Below, in pieces: positions 9,429 to 18,734 of a stretch of 64,000 bases of DNA (position 1 is the first letter of the stretch; each line of letters opens with the position of its first letter). Below the pieces are notes generated by a model. The model saw nothing but the letters and a program-made list of their open reading frames with translations, did no database searches and was not told the DNA's origin. Both the position numbers and the translations under genes were made by a program. Origin of the DNA: Flammeovirgaceae bacterium UBA4465 (GTDB taxonomy: Bacteria; Bacteroidota; Bacteroidia; Cytophagales; Cyclobacteriaceae). The stretch is taken from the NCBI GenBank assembly GCA_905182655.1, contig CAJJCN010000031.1, positions 9,344-73,343 on the forward strand, in the 5' to 3' direction.

Positions 9429-10972
9429 GATTTCTGTCTTAGGGTGATAAGAGGAATCATCATCTCTTCCATACTGATGCCCCCATGCTGAAAAGTATCC
9501 TCATAGAGATTGGCATAATGATTAAAATTATTTTCATAGGCAAAGAATGATTCTTCCAAAGCAAAAATATAGGATGAAGTCAAATTTAATTTAGGCAATT
9601 TAAATACTTCAGGTTTATGCATATGAAATACCGCTTTGGGATTAAAACTCAAATTCTTTCCTATTTTGAACCGTAAATTATTATTGGTATTTCTATCTGC
9701 CATGATTTTTTCAGCTCTTTTAACCCGGATCGTACCATGATCGGTAGTTATCATTACTTTGACCTTTTTTGAAGATAGTTTTTTAAGAACTTCATAAAGT
9801 GATGAATGTGCAAACCATGTTTTGGTCAATGCTCTGTAGGCCGATTCATCTGGGGCCAATTCGCGGATCATTTGCATATCTGTTCTGGCATGTGAAAGCA
9901 TATCGACAAAATTGTAGACCAATACATTGAGCGGAGCCTTAAGGAGCTCATCTAATTTCTGTTCTATCTGTTTGGCTTCCTGTGTTTTGATTATTTTGTG
10001 GTAGTTGTATTTTACTTCGATTTTATGCCGCCCGAGTTGGGCGGCTAACAAGTCCGATTCAAACTTATTTTTAGAGCCCTCCTCACTTTCTTTTGTCCAC
10101 AAATCTGGATACTGCTTTTCAATGTCTGCGGGCATTAAACCTGCAAAAAGCGCATTTCTGGCATAATTGGTGGTGGTTGGCAAAATAGAAAAATAAGTTT
10201 CTTTTTTCTCTATCTCGAATAATTGGGCTATTTCTGGCTCAATTATTTCCCATTGATCCCATCTCAAATTATCAATAACGATAAGGAATACGCTGATCTG
10301 TGCAAGCGCCGGAAAAACTTTTTCTTTAAAAACGTGATGAGAAAGCAACGGACCTTCGGAGGAATTTATCCAATCTTGATAATCTGATCGAACAAAATTC
10401 GCGAATTTTTGATTGGCTTCAGCTTTTTGAGTTCGTAGGATTTCTGACATGTCCTTTTCATTGGTTTCATCAATTAGTAATTCCCAACGAACCAATTTTC
10501 TATAAACTGTAATCCAATCTTCATAATCTACTGCATCCGATATTTCATAACTGACATTAGTGAAATCTTGTTGATAGCTTAAATTTGTTTTTTCCGTTAC
10601 AATGCGATTTTTATCCAATAATCTTTTGACAGAGAGTAGAATTTGATTTGGATTTAACGGTTTAATCAAATAATCTGCGATCTGGGAACCAATAGCATCT
10701 TCCATGATATCTTCTTCTTCATTTTTGGTTATCATGACCACAGGAATATTGGGATGTGATAATTTAATCTCTCGAAGCGTTTCAATTCCAGATATTCCCG
10801 GCATATTCTCATCAAGAAAAATAATATCAAAGTACTGCTTTGCGACCTCATCCAAGGCATCATTACCACTATTTACGGAAATGACTTGATATCCTTTAGA
10901 CTCCAAAAATATGATATGGGGCATTAATAGATCAATCTCATCATCGGCCCATAAAATTTTATATTGCTGCAT
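9425..10972 (-). CDS. porX: PorX-type response regulator (CheY receiver plus PglZ/alkaline-phosphatase-like domain)
   Basis: 515 aa. Receiver residues are present (ADDE, IFLDENMPG, VVMITK, YLIKP). PglZ-like motifs follow (IDNLRWDQW, PTTTNYARNALF, TTDHGT, HGGIS). ATGA-type overlap with tsaE. Confidence 0.8.
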   Translation of the reverse strand: MQQYKILWADDEIDLLMPHIIFLESKGYQVISVNSGNDALDEVAKQYFDIIFLDENMPGISGIETLREIKLSHPNIPVVMITKNEEEDIMEDAIGSQIADYLIKPLNPNQILLSVKRLLDKNRIVTEKTNLSYQQDFTNVSYEISDAVDYEDWITVYRKLVRWELLIDETNEKDMSEILRTQKAEANQKFANFVRSDYQDWINSSEGPLLSHHVFKEKVFPALAQISVFLIVIDNLRWDQWEIIEPEIAQLFEIEKKETYFSILPTTTNYARNALFAGLMPADIEKQYPDLWTKESEEGSKNKFESDLLAAQLGRHKIEVKYNYHKIIKTQEAKQIEQKLDELLKAPLNVLVYNFVDMLSHARTDMQMIRELAPDESAYRALTKTWFAHSSLYEVLKKLSSKKVKVMITTDHGTIRVKRAEKIMADRNTNNNLRFKIGKNLSFNPKAVFHMHKPEVFKLPKLNLTSSYIFALEESFFAYENNFNHYANLYEDTFQHGGISMEEMMIPLITLRQKS

Positions 10973-11023
10973 TTTTACGAAAATCCTTTTGTATGTTCAC
11001 ACTTTAATTGACTCGAATATACT

Positions 11024-12265
11024 TTGAATAAAAAGAAAATATTTAATGATCCTGTTTATGGTTTCATAAACATACCCAATGAACTCATTTTTGATATCAT
11101 CGAGCATCCCTATTTTCAAAGGTTACGTAGAATAAAGCAATTGGGACTATCTGATTATGTATATCCCGGTGCCATTCATACCCGGTTTAGTCATGCTTTA
11201 GGAGCGATGCATTTGATGAGGAAAACATTAGACAGTCTTCGCGAAAAAGGTCAAATGATTTTTGAAGCTGAATACGAAGGCGCATTAATTGCCATTCTTC
11301 TGCACGATATTGGTCATGGTCCTTTTTCGCACACATTGGAATTCAGTCTTTTCAAAAATGTCTCCCATGAAAGTATCACCGCTTGGACGCTTGATGCATT
11401 GAATAAAGAATTCGCGGGCAAACTAACCTTAGCCATTGAAATATTTAAGGGTACCTATCCTCGTAAATTCCTTACTCAATTGGTTTCTAGCCAACTGGAT
11501 ATGGACCGGCTCGATTACCTTAAAAGAGATTGTTTTTTTACTGGCGTTCAAGAAGGTACGGTCGGAGCTGAACGTATCATCAAAATGCTCAATGTGGTAG
11601 ATGATGAGCTCGTCGTTGAAGAAAAAGGAATTTATAGTATTGAAAGTTTTATCAGCGCCCGTAGAATCATGTATTGGCAGGTTTATTTACATAAAACTTC
11701 TATTTGTAGTGAAAAGATGCTCATTGAACTCATCAAACGGGTAAGCCTCTGTTGGAACAAGAACACGTCTATGTCGGCTACTCCTGCCCTCAGTCTTTTT
11801 CTAAGCAATAATCTTTCAGCTCAAGATTTTGATGAAAACCCAGAATTACTCCAGACATTTATGGAATTAGATGATACTGATATTTGGGGAAGTATTAAAC
11901 TTTGGTTAAAACATGAAGATCCCGTCATCAATATATTAAGTAACGCTTTGAAAGATCGGAAGCTATTTAAAATTGAAATACTTAAAGAACCTCTTAAGCC
12001 ATCTCAAATAACTGATATCAAACAAGAGGTTGCTAAAAAATTAAACCTACCCATTGAAATGACAGATAGTTTGGTCACTCATGGCAGTGTTACCAATGCT
12101 GCTTATACTGCTAAGAATCAAAATATAAATATTTTACGAAAAAATGGTAATGTAGAAGAAATCACAGCAGCTGTTGATTTACCCAACATTAAAGTGATGA
12201 GTAAAATTGTGAAAAAAAATTATCTTTGCTATCCCAAAACCGTATATTTGGCAAAATTTAAATAA
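11024..12265 (+). CDS. HD-domain phosphohydrolase (COG1078, dNTP triphosphohydrolase-like)
   Basis: 413 aa. Motifs RFSHALGAMHL, LLHDIGHGPFSH and DRLDYLKRD. TTG start. Confidence 0.8.
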   Translation: MNKKKIFNDPVYGFINIPNELIFDIIEHPYFQRLRRIKQLGLSDYVYPGAIHTRFSHALGAMHLMRKTLDSLREKGQMIFEAEYEGALIAILLHDIGHGPFSHTLEFSLFKNVSHESITAWTLDALNKEFAGKLTLAIEIFKGTYPRKFLTQLVSSQLDMDRLDYLKRDCFFTGVQEGTVGAERIIKMLNVVDDELVVEEKGIYSIESFISARRIMYWQVYLHKTSICSEKMLIELIKRVSLCWNKNTSMSATPALSLFLSNNLSAQDFDENPELLQTFMELDDTDIWGSIKLWLKHEDPVINILSNALKDRKLFKIEILKEPLKPSQITDIKQEVAKKLNLPIEMTDSLVTHGSVTNAAYTAKNQNINILRKNGNVEEITAAVDLPNIKVMSKIVKKNYLCYPKTVYLAKFK

Positions 12266-12298
12266 GTTGGCTATCCCTATTATCAAATGAAAAGATAA

Positions 12299-13327
12299 AT
12301 GAACTTTACCTTAGAGCAAATTGCTCATCTTATAGGAGGAAAATTAGAAGGGTCAAAAGATACTAAGGTGAATACTATCAGCTCCATTGAAGATGCTGAA
12401 GAAGGAAGTATTACCTTTCTCGCCAACCCAAAGTATGAGCCTCTTGTCTATACAACCCGAGCGTCAGCTGTTATTGTTGATGAAAAACTCATTCTAAATA
12501 AAAAAATAGATACAGCCCTGATTAGGGCTGTAGATCCTTATGCCGCTTTCACGAGTTTGTTAGAAGCATATGATCAGCTCCTCTCCTTCAACAAGGCTGG
12601 AATTGATGAGCCTAGTTTTATACATAAAACAGCTACGTATGGAACAGATATTTATGTGGGTGCCTTCGCTTATATTGGGAGCAACGTAAAAATAGGTGAT
12701 CAAGTAAAAATTTATCCCAATGCCTACATTGGCGATGATGTCATCATTGGTAATCGAACCATCATTCATCCAGGGGTTAAAATTTATGCAAAAAGTATCA
12801 TTGGAAGTCATTGTACACTGCAGGCAGGAGTGATTATAGGAAGTGACGGTTTTGGATATGCTCCTCTTGAGGATGGCTCTTATAAAAAAATACCTCAATT
12901 AGGCAATGTGGTTTTAGAAGATCATGTGGATGTGGGTGCAAATACGGTAATCGATTGTGCCACCTTTGACACAACACTTATTAAAAAAGGGGTCAAACTT
13001 GATAATTTAATACAAATTGGTCACAACACAACTATTGGAGAAAATACCGTGATTGCAGCCCAAACAGGTATCGCCGGCTCAGTGAAAATAGGGGAAAATT
13101 GTAGAATAGGGGGACAAGTCGGGATTGCCGGGCATTTAAAAATAGCTGATAAAACACAAATACAAGCCCAATCTGGAGTCTCAAAAAACACCAAAGTATC
13201 TCAAACCATCTATGGAACCCCCGCCATTGACTTTAATAATTATCTCAGATCCTACACCATATATAAAAAACTACCCAACGTAATGAAACAGATTGAGAAA
13301 CTTGAGGAAAAACTTCTAAATTTGTAG
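12299..13327 (+). CDS. lpxD: UDP-3-O-acylglucosamine N-acyltransferase
   Basis: 342 aa. Left-handed beta-helix hexapeptide repeats and the position upstream of lpxC/lpxA. Confidence 0.92.
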   Translation: MNFTLEQIAHLIGGKLEGSKDTKVNTISSIEDAEEGSITFLANPKYEPLVYTTRASAVIVDEKLILNKKIDTALIRAVDPYAAFTSLLEAYDQLLSFNKAGIDEPSFIHKTATYGTDIYVGAFAYIGSNVKIGDQVKIYPNAYIGDDVIIGNRTIIHPGVKIYAKSIIGSHCTLQAGVIIGSDGFGYAPLEDGSYKKIPQLGNVVLEDHVDVGANTVIDCATFDTTLIKKGVKLDNLIQIGHNTTIGENTVIAAQTGIAGSVKIGENCRIGGQVGIAGHLKIADKTQIQAQSGVSKNTKVSQTIYGTPAIDFNNYLRSYTIYKKLPNVMKQIEKLEEKLLNL

Positions 13328-13338
13328 TCAACAACTTA

Positions 13339-14730
13339 ATGAAATTTAATCAACATACGGTTAGAGGCGAAGCAGCCGTCTCGGGCATAGGTTTACACAC
13401 AGGTGTGGTAAGTAATATGACCTTCTCCCCTGCTAAAATCAATCATGGAATTAAATTCCAAAGAACAGACCTGATAAATCAACCTATCATTGATGCCGAT
13501 GTGGACAACGTGGTCGACTTATCCAGAGGCACGAGCATAGAGCAGGATGGAGGAAGAATTAATACGGTAGAACATGTCTTATCAGCTTTAGTCGCTTTAG
13601 AAATAGATAATGTTTTGATAAAAATTGATGGACCTGAGCCCCCCATCATGGATGGAAGTGCCAGACAATTCATGGATGCCATTCTTGAGATTGGCTTACA
13701 AGAGCAAGCTGCTCCTAGAAACTTCTTTGAGTTACCTAACAGCGTCTTTTATGAAGACAAAGAACGAGATGTTGAAATCATCGCACTTCCCTTAGATGAT
13801 TACAGAGTTACCGTAATGGTAGACTACAACTCACCTGTTCTTGGCAGTCAGCATGCGTCACTAAATAAATTAACAGATTTTTATGAGCAAATCAGTGATG
13901 CAAGAACCTTTTGCTTTTTACATGAAATCGAAGAACTCTACAAACAAGATTTGATCAAAGGGGGCGATATTTCTAACGCCATTGTCGTGGTTGATCGCAT
14001 GGTGAAACCGGGTGAATTAGATCATCTGGCCCATTTACTCAATAAGCCCAAAGTTGAAGTCGAAAAAGAAGGTATTCTGAATAACGTGAGTCTTAGATAT
14101 AAAAATGAACCGGCCAGACACAAGTTATTAGACATTGTAGGGGATTTGGCATTGGTGGGTAGACCTATTAAAGCCCAAATAATGGCCGCTCGCCCCGGAC
14201 ATGCGGCTAACATCGCTTTCGCTCGAAAACTTAAAAAAATCATCCAAAAAACCTCCCACAGTAAAATACCACAATACGATCCTAAAATACCTCCAGTAAT
14301 GGATATCAATAAAATTGCCAAAATTTTACCTCATAGATATCCATTTTTATTAATTGATAAAATTTTTCATCTGGATGACCAATCGGTGGGGGGAATTAAA
14401 AATGTCACCTTCAATGAGCCCTTTTTTCAAGGCCACTTTCCTGGAAATCCTGTTATGCCTGGTGTTTTACAAGTAGAAGCAATGGCTCAAATTGGTGGTA
14501 TTTTAGCACTTAATTCGGTGCCTGATCCTGAAAATTATTGGACTTACTTCCTAGGTATTGATAATTTTAAATTTAAAAAAATGGTTTTCCCAGGTGATAC
14601 CCTCGTATTTAAATGTGAATTATTAGAACCAATTAGGAGAGGCTTCGTGAAAATGTCAGGAGTTGCTTATATTGGGAATCAATTAGTTTGTGAAGGCAAT
14701 ATGACTGCCGTACTTGTAAAAAAAGAATAA
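13339..14730 (+). CDS. lpxC-fabZ: Bifunctional UDP-3-O-acyl-GlcNAc deacetylase / 3-hydroxyacyl-ACP dehydratase
   Basis: 463 aa. N-terminal LpxC (GIGLHTG, HxxxD-type zinc site region) and C-terminal FabZ hotdog (FFQGHFPGNPVMPGVL). This fusion is typical of Bacteroidota. Confidence 0.95.
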   Translation: MKFNQHTVRGEAAVSGIGLHTGVVSNMTFSPAKINHGIKFQRTDLINQPIIDADVDNVVDLSRGTSIEQDGGRINTVEHVLSALVALEIDNVLIKIDGPEPPIMDGSARQFMDAILEIGLQEQAAPRNFFELPNSVFYEDKERDVEIIALPLDDYRVTVMVDYNSPVLGSQHASLNKLTDFYEQISDARTFCFLHEIEELYKQDLIKGGDISNAIVVVDRMVKPGELDHLAHLLNKPKVEVEKEGILNNVSLRYKNEPARHKLLDIVGDLALVGRPIKAQIMAARPGHAANIAFARKLKKIIQKTSHSKIPQYDPKIPPVMDINKIAKILPHRYPFLLIDKIFHLDDQSVGGIKNVTFNEPFFQGHFPGNPVMPGVLQVEAMAQIGGILALNSVPDPENYWTYFLGIDNFKFKKMVFPGDTLVFKCELLEPIRRGFVKMSGVAYIGNQLVCEGNMTAVLVKKE

Positions 14731-15506
14731 TGAATAACCCCTCAGCTTTTGTCCATCCCGATGCCAAAATAGGTCAAAATGTAGTCATTGAGCCCTTTGC
14801 CTACATAGACAAGGATACAGAAATAGGTGATGGGTGTTGGATTGGTCCCAACGCTTGCATTTGGGAAGGTTCACGAATAGGTGATAATTGTAAGATTTTC
14901 GCGGGAGCACAAATTTCATCGGTTCCACAAGATTTAAAATTTGCAGGGGAAAAAACCCTGACCATCATAGGTAAAAATACGACCATTAGAGAGTTTGTCA
15001 CCATCTCAAGAGGGACCAGTCATCGAAAAGAAACCGTTATTGGTGAACATAATTTACTGATGGCCTATGTCCATGTCGCGCACGATTGTATCTTAGGAGA
15101 CCATTGTATCGTATCTAATTCAGTTCAAATAGCAGGCCATGTGTCCTTGGGTGATTATGCCATCATTGGCGGTACGGCAGCCATAAGACAATTTGTAAAA
15201 ATTGGTGCACATGTGATGATTGCAGGAGGTTCTCTTGTCCGCAAGGATGTACCCCCTTATGTCTCAGCAGCGCGTGAACCCCTCAGTTACAGTGGCATCA
15301 ATGCCATTGGGCTCCGGAGAAGGAAGTTTACAACACAAGAACTTAACAACATTCAAGAAATGTATCGGATTATATATCTGAGCGATTTAAATATCAGTAA
15401 AGCACTTGAAAAAATACAAAACGACTTTGACGCCTCTAAAGAAAAAGATCTCATCATAAAATTCATTCAAGAATCAGAGCGAGGTATCATGAAAGGCATT
15501 GAATGA
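14730..15506 (+). CDS. lpxA: Acyl-ACP--UDP-GlcNAc O-acyltransferase
   Basis: 258 aa. Hexapeptide repeats plus the LpxA C-terminal helical domain. TAATG overlap with lpxC-fabZ. Confidence 0.93.
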   Translation: MNNPSAFVHPDAKIGQNVVIEPFAYIDKDTEIGDGCWIGPNACIWEGSRIGDNCKIFAGAQISSVPQDLKFAGEKTLTIIGKNTTIREFVTISRGTSHRKETVIGEHNLLMAYVHVAHDCILGDHCIVSNSVQIAGHVSLGDYAIIGGTAAIRQFVKIGAHVMIAGGSLVRKDVPPYVSAAREPLSYSGINAIGLRRRKFTTQELNNIQEMYRIIYLSDLNISKALEKIQNDFDASKEKDLIIKFIQESERGIMKGIE

Positions 15507-16135
15507 GGGTTAAACTTGATAAAGTTGGGAAGCGGTTCAATAAAGAATGGATTCTTAAAAACTTAAGTTTAGATATTCCATCTCTATCATCTTTAAGTAT
15601 CACTGGGGCAAATGGCAGTGGGAAAAGTACCTTAATAAAACTGATCTCCGCTTACATGGAACCCACATTGGGTGAAATTCAATATTTTGAAAATGAAAAA
15701 GACTATTCGATTGAAAACATCCCTCAGACCATAGGGCTGGCAGCCCCTTATGTCAATTTAATAGAGGAATTCAGTCTAAAAGAACATTTAGAATTTCATT
15801 TCAAATTCAGATCCACCACTTTTTCCGTTGAGGAAATTATAAGTAAAGCAAATTTAAAATTTTCGATTCATAAAAAAATTAAAGATTTTTCTTCTGGAAT
15901 GAAGCAACGACTCAAGCTAGCCCTTGCCATATATTCCGATAATAAGTTAATTATATTGGATGAACCAACATCAAATTTGGATCAAGAAGGTATCGAATGG
16001 TATCGCGACGAAATACAGCAAAGATTAGGGACCTGTACCTTAATCGTGGCTTCAAATCAACTCCATGAGTATGATTTTATCTCTAAAAACATCGACCTAA
16101 ACAATAAGAATACGATCCGTATGAAATCTCTATGA
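15503..16135 (+). CDS. ABC transporter ATP-binding protein (short, divergent, no adjacent permease)
   Basis: 210 aa. Walker A GANGSGKST, signature FSSGMKQRL, Walker B LIILDEPTSNLD. ATGA overlap with lpxA. Confidence 0.85.
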   Translation: MRVKLDKVGKRFNKEWILKNLSLDIPSLSSLSITGANGSGKSTLIKLISAYMEPTLGEIQYFENEKDYSIENIPQTIGLAAPYVNLIEEFSLKEHLEFHFKFRSTTFSVEEIISKANLKFSIHKKIKDFSSGMKQRLKLALAIYSDNKLIILDEPTSNLDQEGIEWYRDEIQQRLGTCTLIVASNQLHEYDFISKNIDLNNKNTIRMKSL

Positions 16136-16639
16136 AGCATGAGGCCTCATGAATAATTGAAGTGATCATCAGAGCTCTTTTCAACTTCGCTGTTAAGCAT
16201 TCAATGCCCTTTATACCTTGGCTAAGGTCACGGTAGACCCTATCAATCTATCAGTACCCTCTAAGGTAATTCAAGTCACAATATGATGGAAGTCTTTGTA
16301 GGCGGTACCTGAAAACAAAAAGATCCGACAAAAAAATAGAGTCGTTTAAATGGACCCTCTTTAATATTTTATTATGAAAAAGTTTGCGAGATGATCTTAG
16401 GCTTTACATCAATAAAAACCTTTAAAAGCATTGAGTAAATAAAATTATCTTAATTATTTCGATATGTGATCTGTTTCTCCTGATCATGGAATTTTTGATA
16501 TTTAAAGTTAAATTATTGTATTCTGACAAGAAAAAACAATTTATTTAAATGCTCAACGTTTAAATAATATCAGAAAAGTTATTAATTTTACCTGAGCATA
16601 AAGAAAAAATCTATTTTTTTAAAATTTAAGATCACAACT

Positions 16640-17101
16640 ATGAAAATCATGAAAAGCCTATTCCTCGCATGTGCCTGCGCTACCTTGTTAATTTTCGCAA
16701 ATTGTGGTGGTGGTGGTGGTGATGACCCTGTAGCTGCACCTACTGCTGCTCAGAAAAATGCAACGCTGCTGGATGGCACTTGGAAACTAAATTCAGTCAC
16801 AAATGAAGGAACCCCTAGAGATGAATGGACTGGTTTCACACTGACATTATCATTGGATGACGATTTTAAGGGAGGAAATTATAATACTACAAATATTCCC
16901 GATGCAGATACAGAAGGGGTTTGGGCTTCCTCAGGTACATTTACTGCTAGTGAAGACCTTACCGTCCTAACAAGAAACGATGGCACGAAAATAACGCTTC
17001 AAGTGAGTGCTTCTACTTTAAGCCTCTCTTTCAATATTTCCGAATCTGGTCGAGTTGATGGATTCGATGGTGATTGGGTATTTAACATGAACCCATCATA
17101 A
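16640..17101 (+). CDS. Lipoprotein, lipocalin-like, function unknown
   Basis: 153 aa. Signal peptide plus lipobox (LIFANC), followed by a GGGGG linker and a GTWKL beta-rich domain. Confidence 0.7.
   Translation: MKIMKSLFLACACATLLIFANCGGGGGDDPVAAPTAAQKNATLLDGTWKLNSVTNEGTPRDEWTGFTLTLSLDDDFKGGNYNTTNIPDADTEGVWASSGTFTASEDLTVLTRNDGTKITLQVSASTLSLSFNISESGRVDGFDGDWVFNMNPS
16706..16720 (+). repeat. (GGT)5 trinucleotide repeat encoding the Gly5 tether after the lipobox Cys
   Basis: Read directly: tgt ggt ggt ggt ggt ggt gat. Confidence 0.9.
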
Positions 17102-17130
17102 ATAATCGAAAAATTAAATAAATTAAATAA

Positions 17131-17160
17131 AAAGGGCAATTATACAATTGCCCTTTTCTA
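17131..17160 (+). terminator. Rho-independent terminator after the lipoprotein gene
   Basis: Stem aaagggcaatt, loop atac, stem aattgcccttt (11-bp perfect stem), followed by a T-rich run. It also covers the TTG at 17148 that the ORF track uses as a start. Confidence 0.75.
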
Positions 17161-17162
17161 TT

Positions 17163-17654
17163 ATGTGGCGTAAATCATTCGAGTACGATAAAAATGAGAT
17201 ATTAAGATCTGTTCAATACGAACAAAGAGATCTTTTGATGCACCTTACTATTTCTATTGCCATTGATAATTTTTTAAAAATCGAGAACCCATTGGCGATT
17301 GAAGACGACTTTATTCGTGAATTAAAAAATAAAAGTAAATCTGATGTCTCCTTTTTAAATGAATTCTATCGGTGTGCTGCCGATATCTATCGTTATGGTA
17401 GAAGTGATAATCAACTTGAGTTTATATGGGATGGCACTCCTCATGCTGAGATTTACAGAATAGCGTGGCATAAGTATTACCAAAGGCTCATAAATGATTT
17501 AGCATATCATCCATTTTTCAATAGACTGATCATTAAAAGTACGGTACTCAATACCAGTGCAAATCGAACCTTGCTCAAAAATGCCCTCATTAAAATATTA
17601 AAATCTGAATGTGATGTTACAAAAACAGCATCAACAATCAAGAAAACAGCCTAA
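17163..17654 (+). CDS. Hypothetical cytoplasmic protein, no recognisable family
   Basis: The ORF is open from 17148, but the first 13 nt lie inside the terminator stem. The ATG at 17163 (MWRKSFEYDK) is more plausible. No signal peptide; predicted helical. Confidence 0.55.
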   Translation: MWRKSFEYDKNEILRSVQYEQRDLLMHLTISIAIDNFLKIENPLAIEDDFIRELKNKSKSDVSFLNEFYRCAADIYRYGRSDNQLEFIWDGTPHAEIYRIAWHKYYQRLINDLAYHPFFNRLIIKSTVLNTSANRTLLKNALIKILKSECDVTKTASTIKKTA

Positions 17655-17670
17655 TAGATTCTATTGATAC

Positions 17671-18012
17671 TTAATGCACAATACCACATACTTTGCATAA
17701 CTTTCTTTTTGACAAAGGTCTTCTTTTAGGAGGTCGTTTATGGCCAAAATAGCTTTTATCCGAATATTGTGGCTTTTTCAATATTTTTACACTCTTTTTT
17801 TTATCTTTTGCTACCTGCTTCATTCGATCTTCATACGCTTCCTTTCCTTCTTCTTGCGTTTTGAAAAAACTATTTTTACCAGATTTAAATATCTTAATAC
17901 TTTTCTTTTGAATTGGGGTATTGCTTGAACTTTCTGTATCACGGGTATTCTGAGCCAAGATCGAAGTCAGGGAGAAAATCATTGAAAGACTAAAAATGAA
18001 TACTTTTAACAT
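17671..18012 (-). CDS. Hypothetical small secreted Lys-rich protein
   Basis: 113 aa. ATG start, signal peptide (MLKVFIFSLSMIFSLTSILA), highly basic KR-rich body, C-terminal CKVCGIVH. Confidence 0.55.
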   Translation of the reverse strand: MLKVFIFSLSMIFSLTSILAQNTRDTESSSNTPIQKKSIKIFKSGKNSFFKTQEEGKEAYEDRMKQVAKDKKKSVKILKKPQYSDKSYFGHKRPPKRRPLSKRKLCKVCGIVH

Positions 18013-18149
18013 TAAAAAAATATTTTTCTTTTTACAATAACGTAAATTTATAGCTCATTATTTCAAATACCTGTTTCTAAAAGAAAGTATTCTGTTTTAA
18101 GAATTAATATTTCGTCATCCATTAGCCATAATTACTTTATTTTAGCGTT

Positions 18150-18734
18150 ATGAAATTTTTAATAGGCTCATTATTGTTGCTTTCTACCCTCAACTCATAC
18201 GGGCAAATAGCCTCAGAAAGCGAATATTATCGCAGAATGGATTTGGGTCAAAAACTCATGATCGCAGGTGATTACACAGCTGCGCAGACAGAATTTTTAT
18301 TCGTACTTGAAAATATGGAAGTTATCCCAACCGATCTAGCTTATCTTTTTGGAAGAAATAGTTTTCATCTCGCCTCTTATAAACAAAGCGTTAATTGGCT
18401 CAATAAATACCTACAATTAAAGGGTACTAAAGGGCAATATTATCAAGAGGCCATACAATATCTACAATTTTCAGAAGATAAATACATGGAGCTTCAACGA
18501 GCAGTAAAACAAGATCAAAATAATGCACTTATCGCCTCAAAATATGATTGTGGAGGTCTCAGTAAAATGATATGCCCCGTTTGCAAAGGTTCTGGAGTTG
18601 TTTTTAAGCAAGGTCTTTTTGACATCCATTATCAAACCTGTCCTTATTCTGTAGGAGAAGGTTATTTGAGTTGCAAAGACTATAATCTTTTCATGATGGG
18701 TATATTAACGCTTCAGGATAGCTTGTCTCGGTAA
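18150..18734 (+). CDS. Hypothetical secreted protein with a TPR-like N-terminal half and a Cys-rich CxxCxGxG (DnaJ zinc-finger-like) C-terminal half
   Basis: 194 aa. Signal peptide, then CPVCKGSGVV...CPYSVGEGYLSC. The 3' end overlaps the convergent nspC by 22 nt. Confidence 0.6.
   Translation: MKFLIGSLLLLSTLNSYGQIASESEYYRRMDLGQKLMIAGDYTAAQTEFLFVLENMEVIPTDLAYLFGRNSFHLASYKQSVNWLNKYLQLKGTKGQYYQEAIQYLQFSEDKYMELQRAVKQDQNNALIASKYDCGGLSKMICPVCKGSGVVFKQGLFDIHYQTCPYSVGEGYLSCKDYNLFMMGILTLQDSLSR

Noticed and set aside
9425-10972. A PglZ domain, which could indicate a BREX/Pgl phage-defence locus.
   Set aside because: The PglZ domain is fused to a CheY receiver, which is the PorX architecture. The gene is flanked by tsaE and a housekeeping HD protein gene. 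No pglX methyltransferase, brxC, brxL or other BREX genes are present.
11024-12265. An HD-domain dNTPase-like protein as a possible dNTP-depletion anti-phage gene.
   Set aside because: It heads the conserved lipid A operon (HD-lpxD-lpxC/fabZ-lpxA), as I recall this operon from other Bacteroidota. It has no defence-island neighbours. It looks like a housekeeping ortholog.
12560-12898. A 112-aa antisense ORF inside lpxD. Similar long antisense ORFs lie at 36172-36510 (opposite trxA), 14022-14321, 34765-35076, 55747-56022, and 56215-56827 (opposite pgk).
   Set aside because: Each is fully embedded in a strongly supported gene on the other strand. They have low-complexity or atypical composition, no recognisable motifs and no independent start context. 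They are best explained as chance open frames, for example from the hexapeptide-repeat periodicity in lpxD.
16138-16151. The perfect 14-nt palindrome catgaggcctcatg, 3 nt after the ABC ATPase stop, as a terminator.
   Set aside because: It can form only a 5-bp stem with a 4-nt loop and has no following T-run. It is not convincing as an intrinsic terminator, so it is noted only as part of the unexplained 504-nt region.
16706-16720. The (GGT)5 repeat in the lipoprotein gene as a phase-variation switch.
   Set aside because: Trinucleotide slippage stays in frame and would only change the length of the Gly tether. Five units is also short for efficient slippage.
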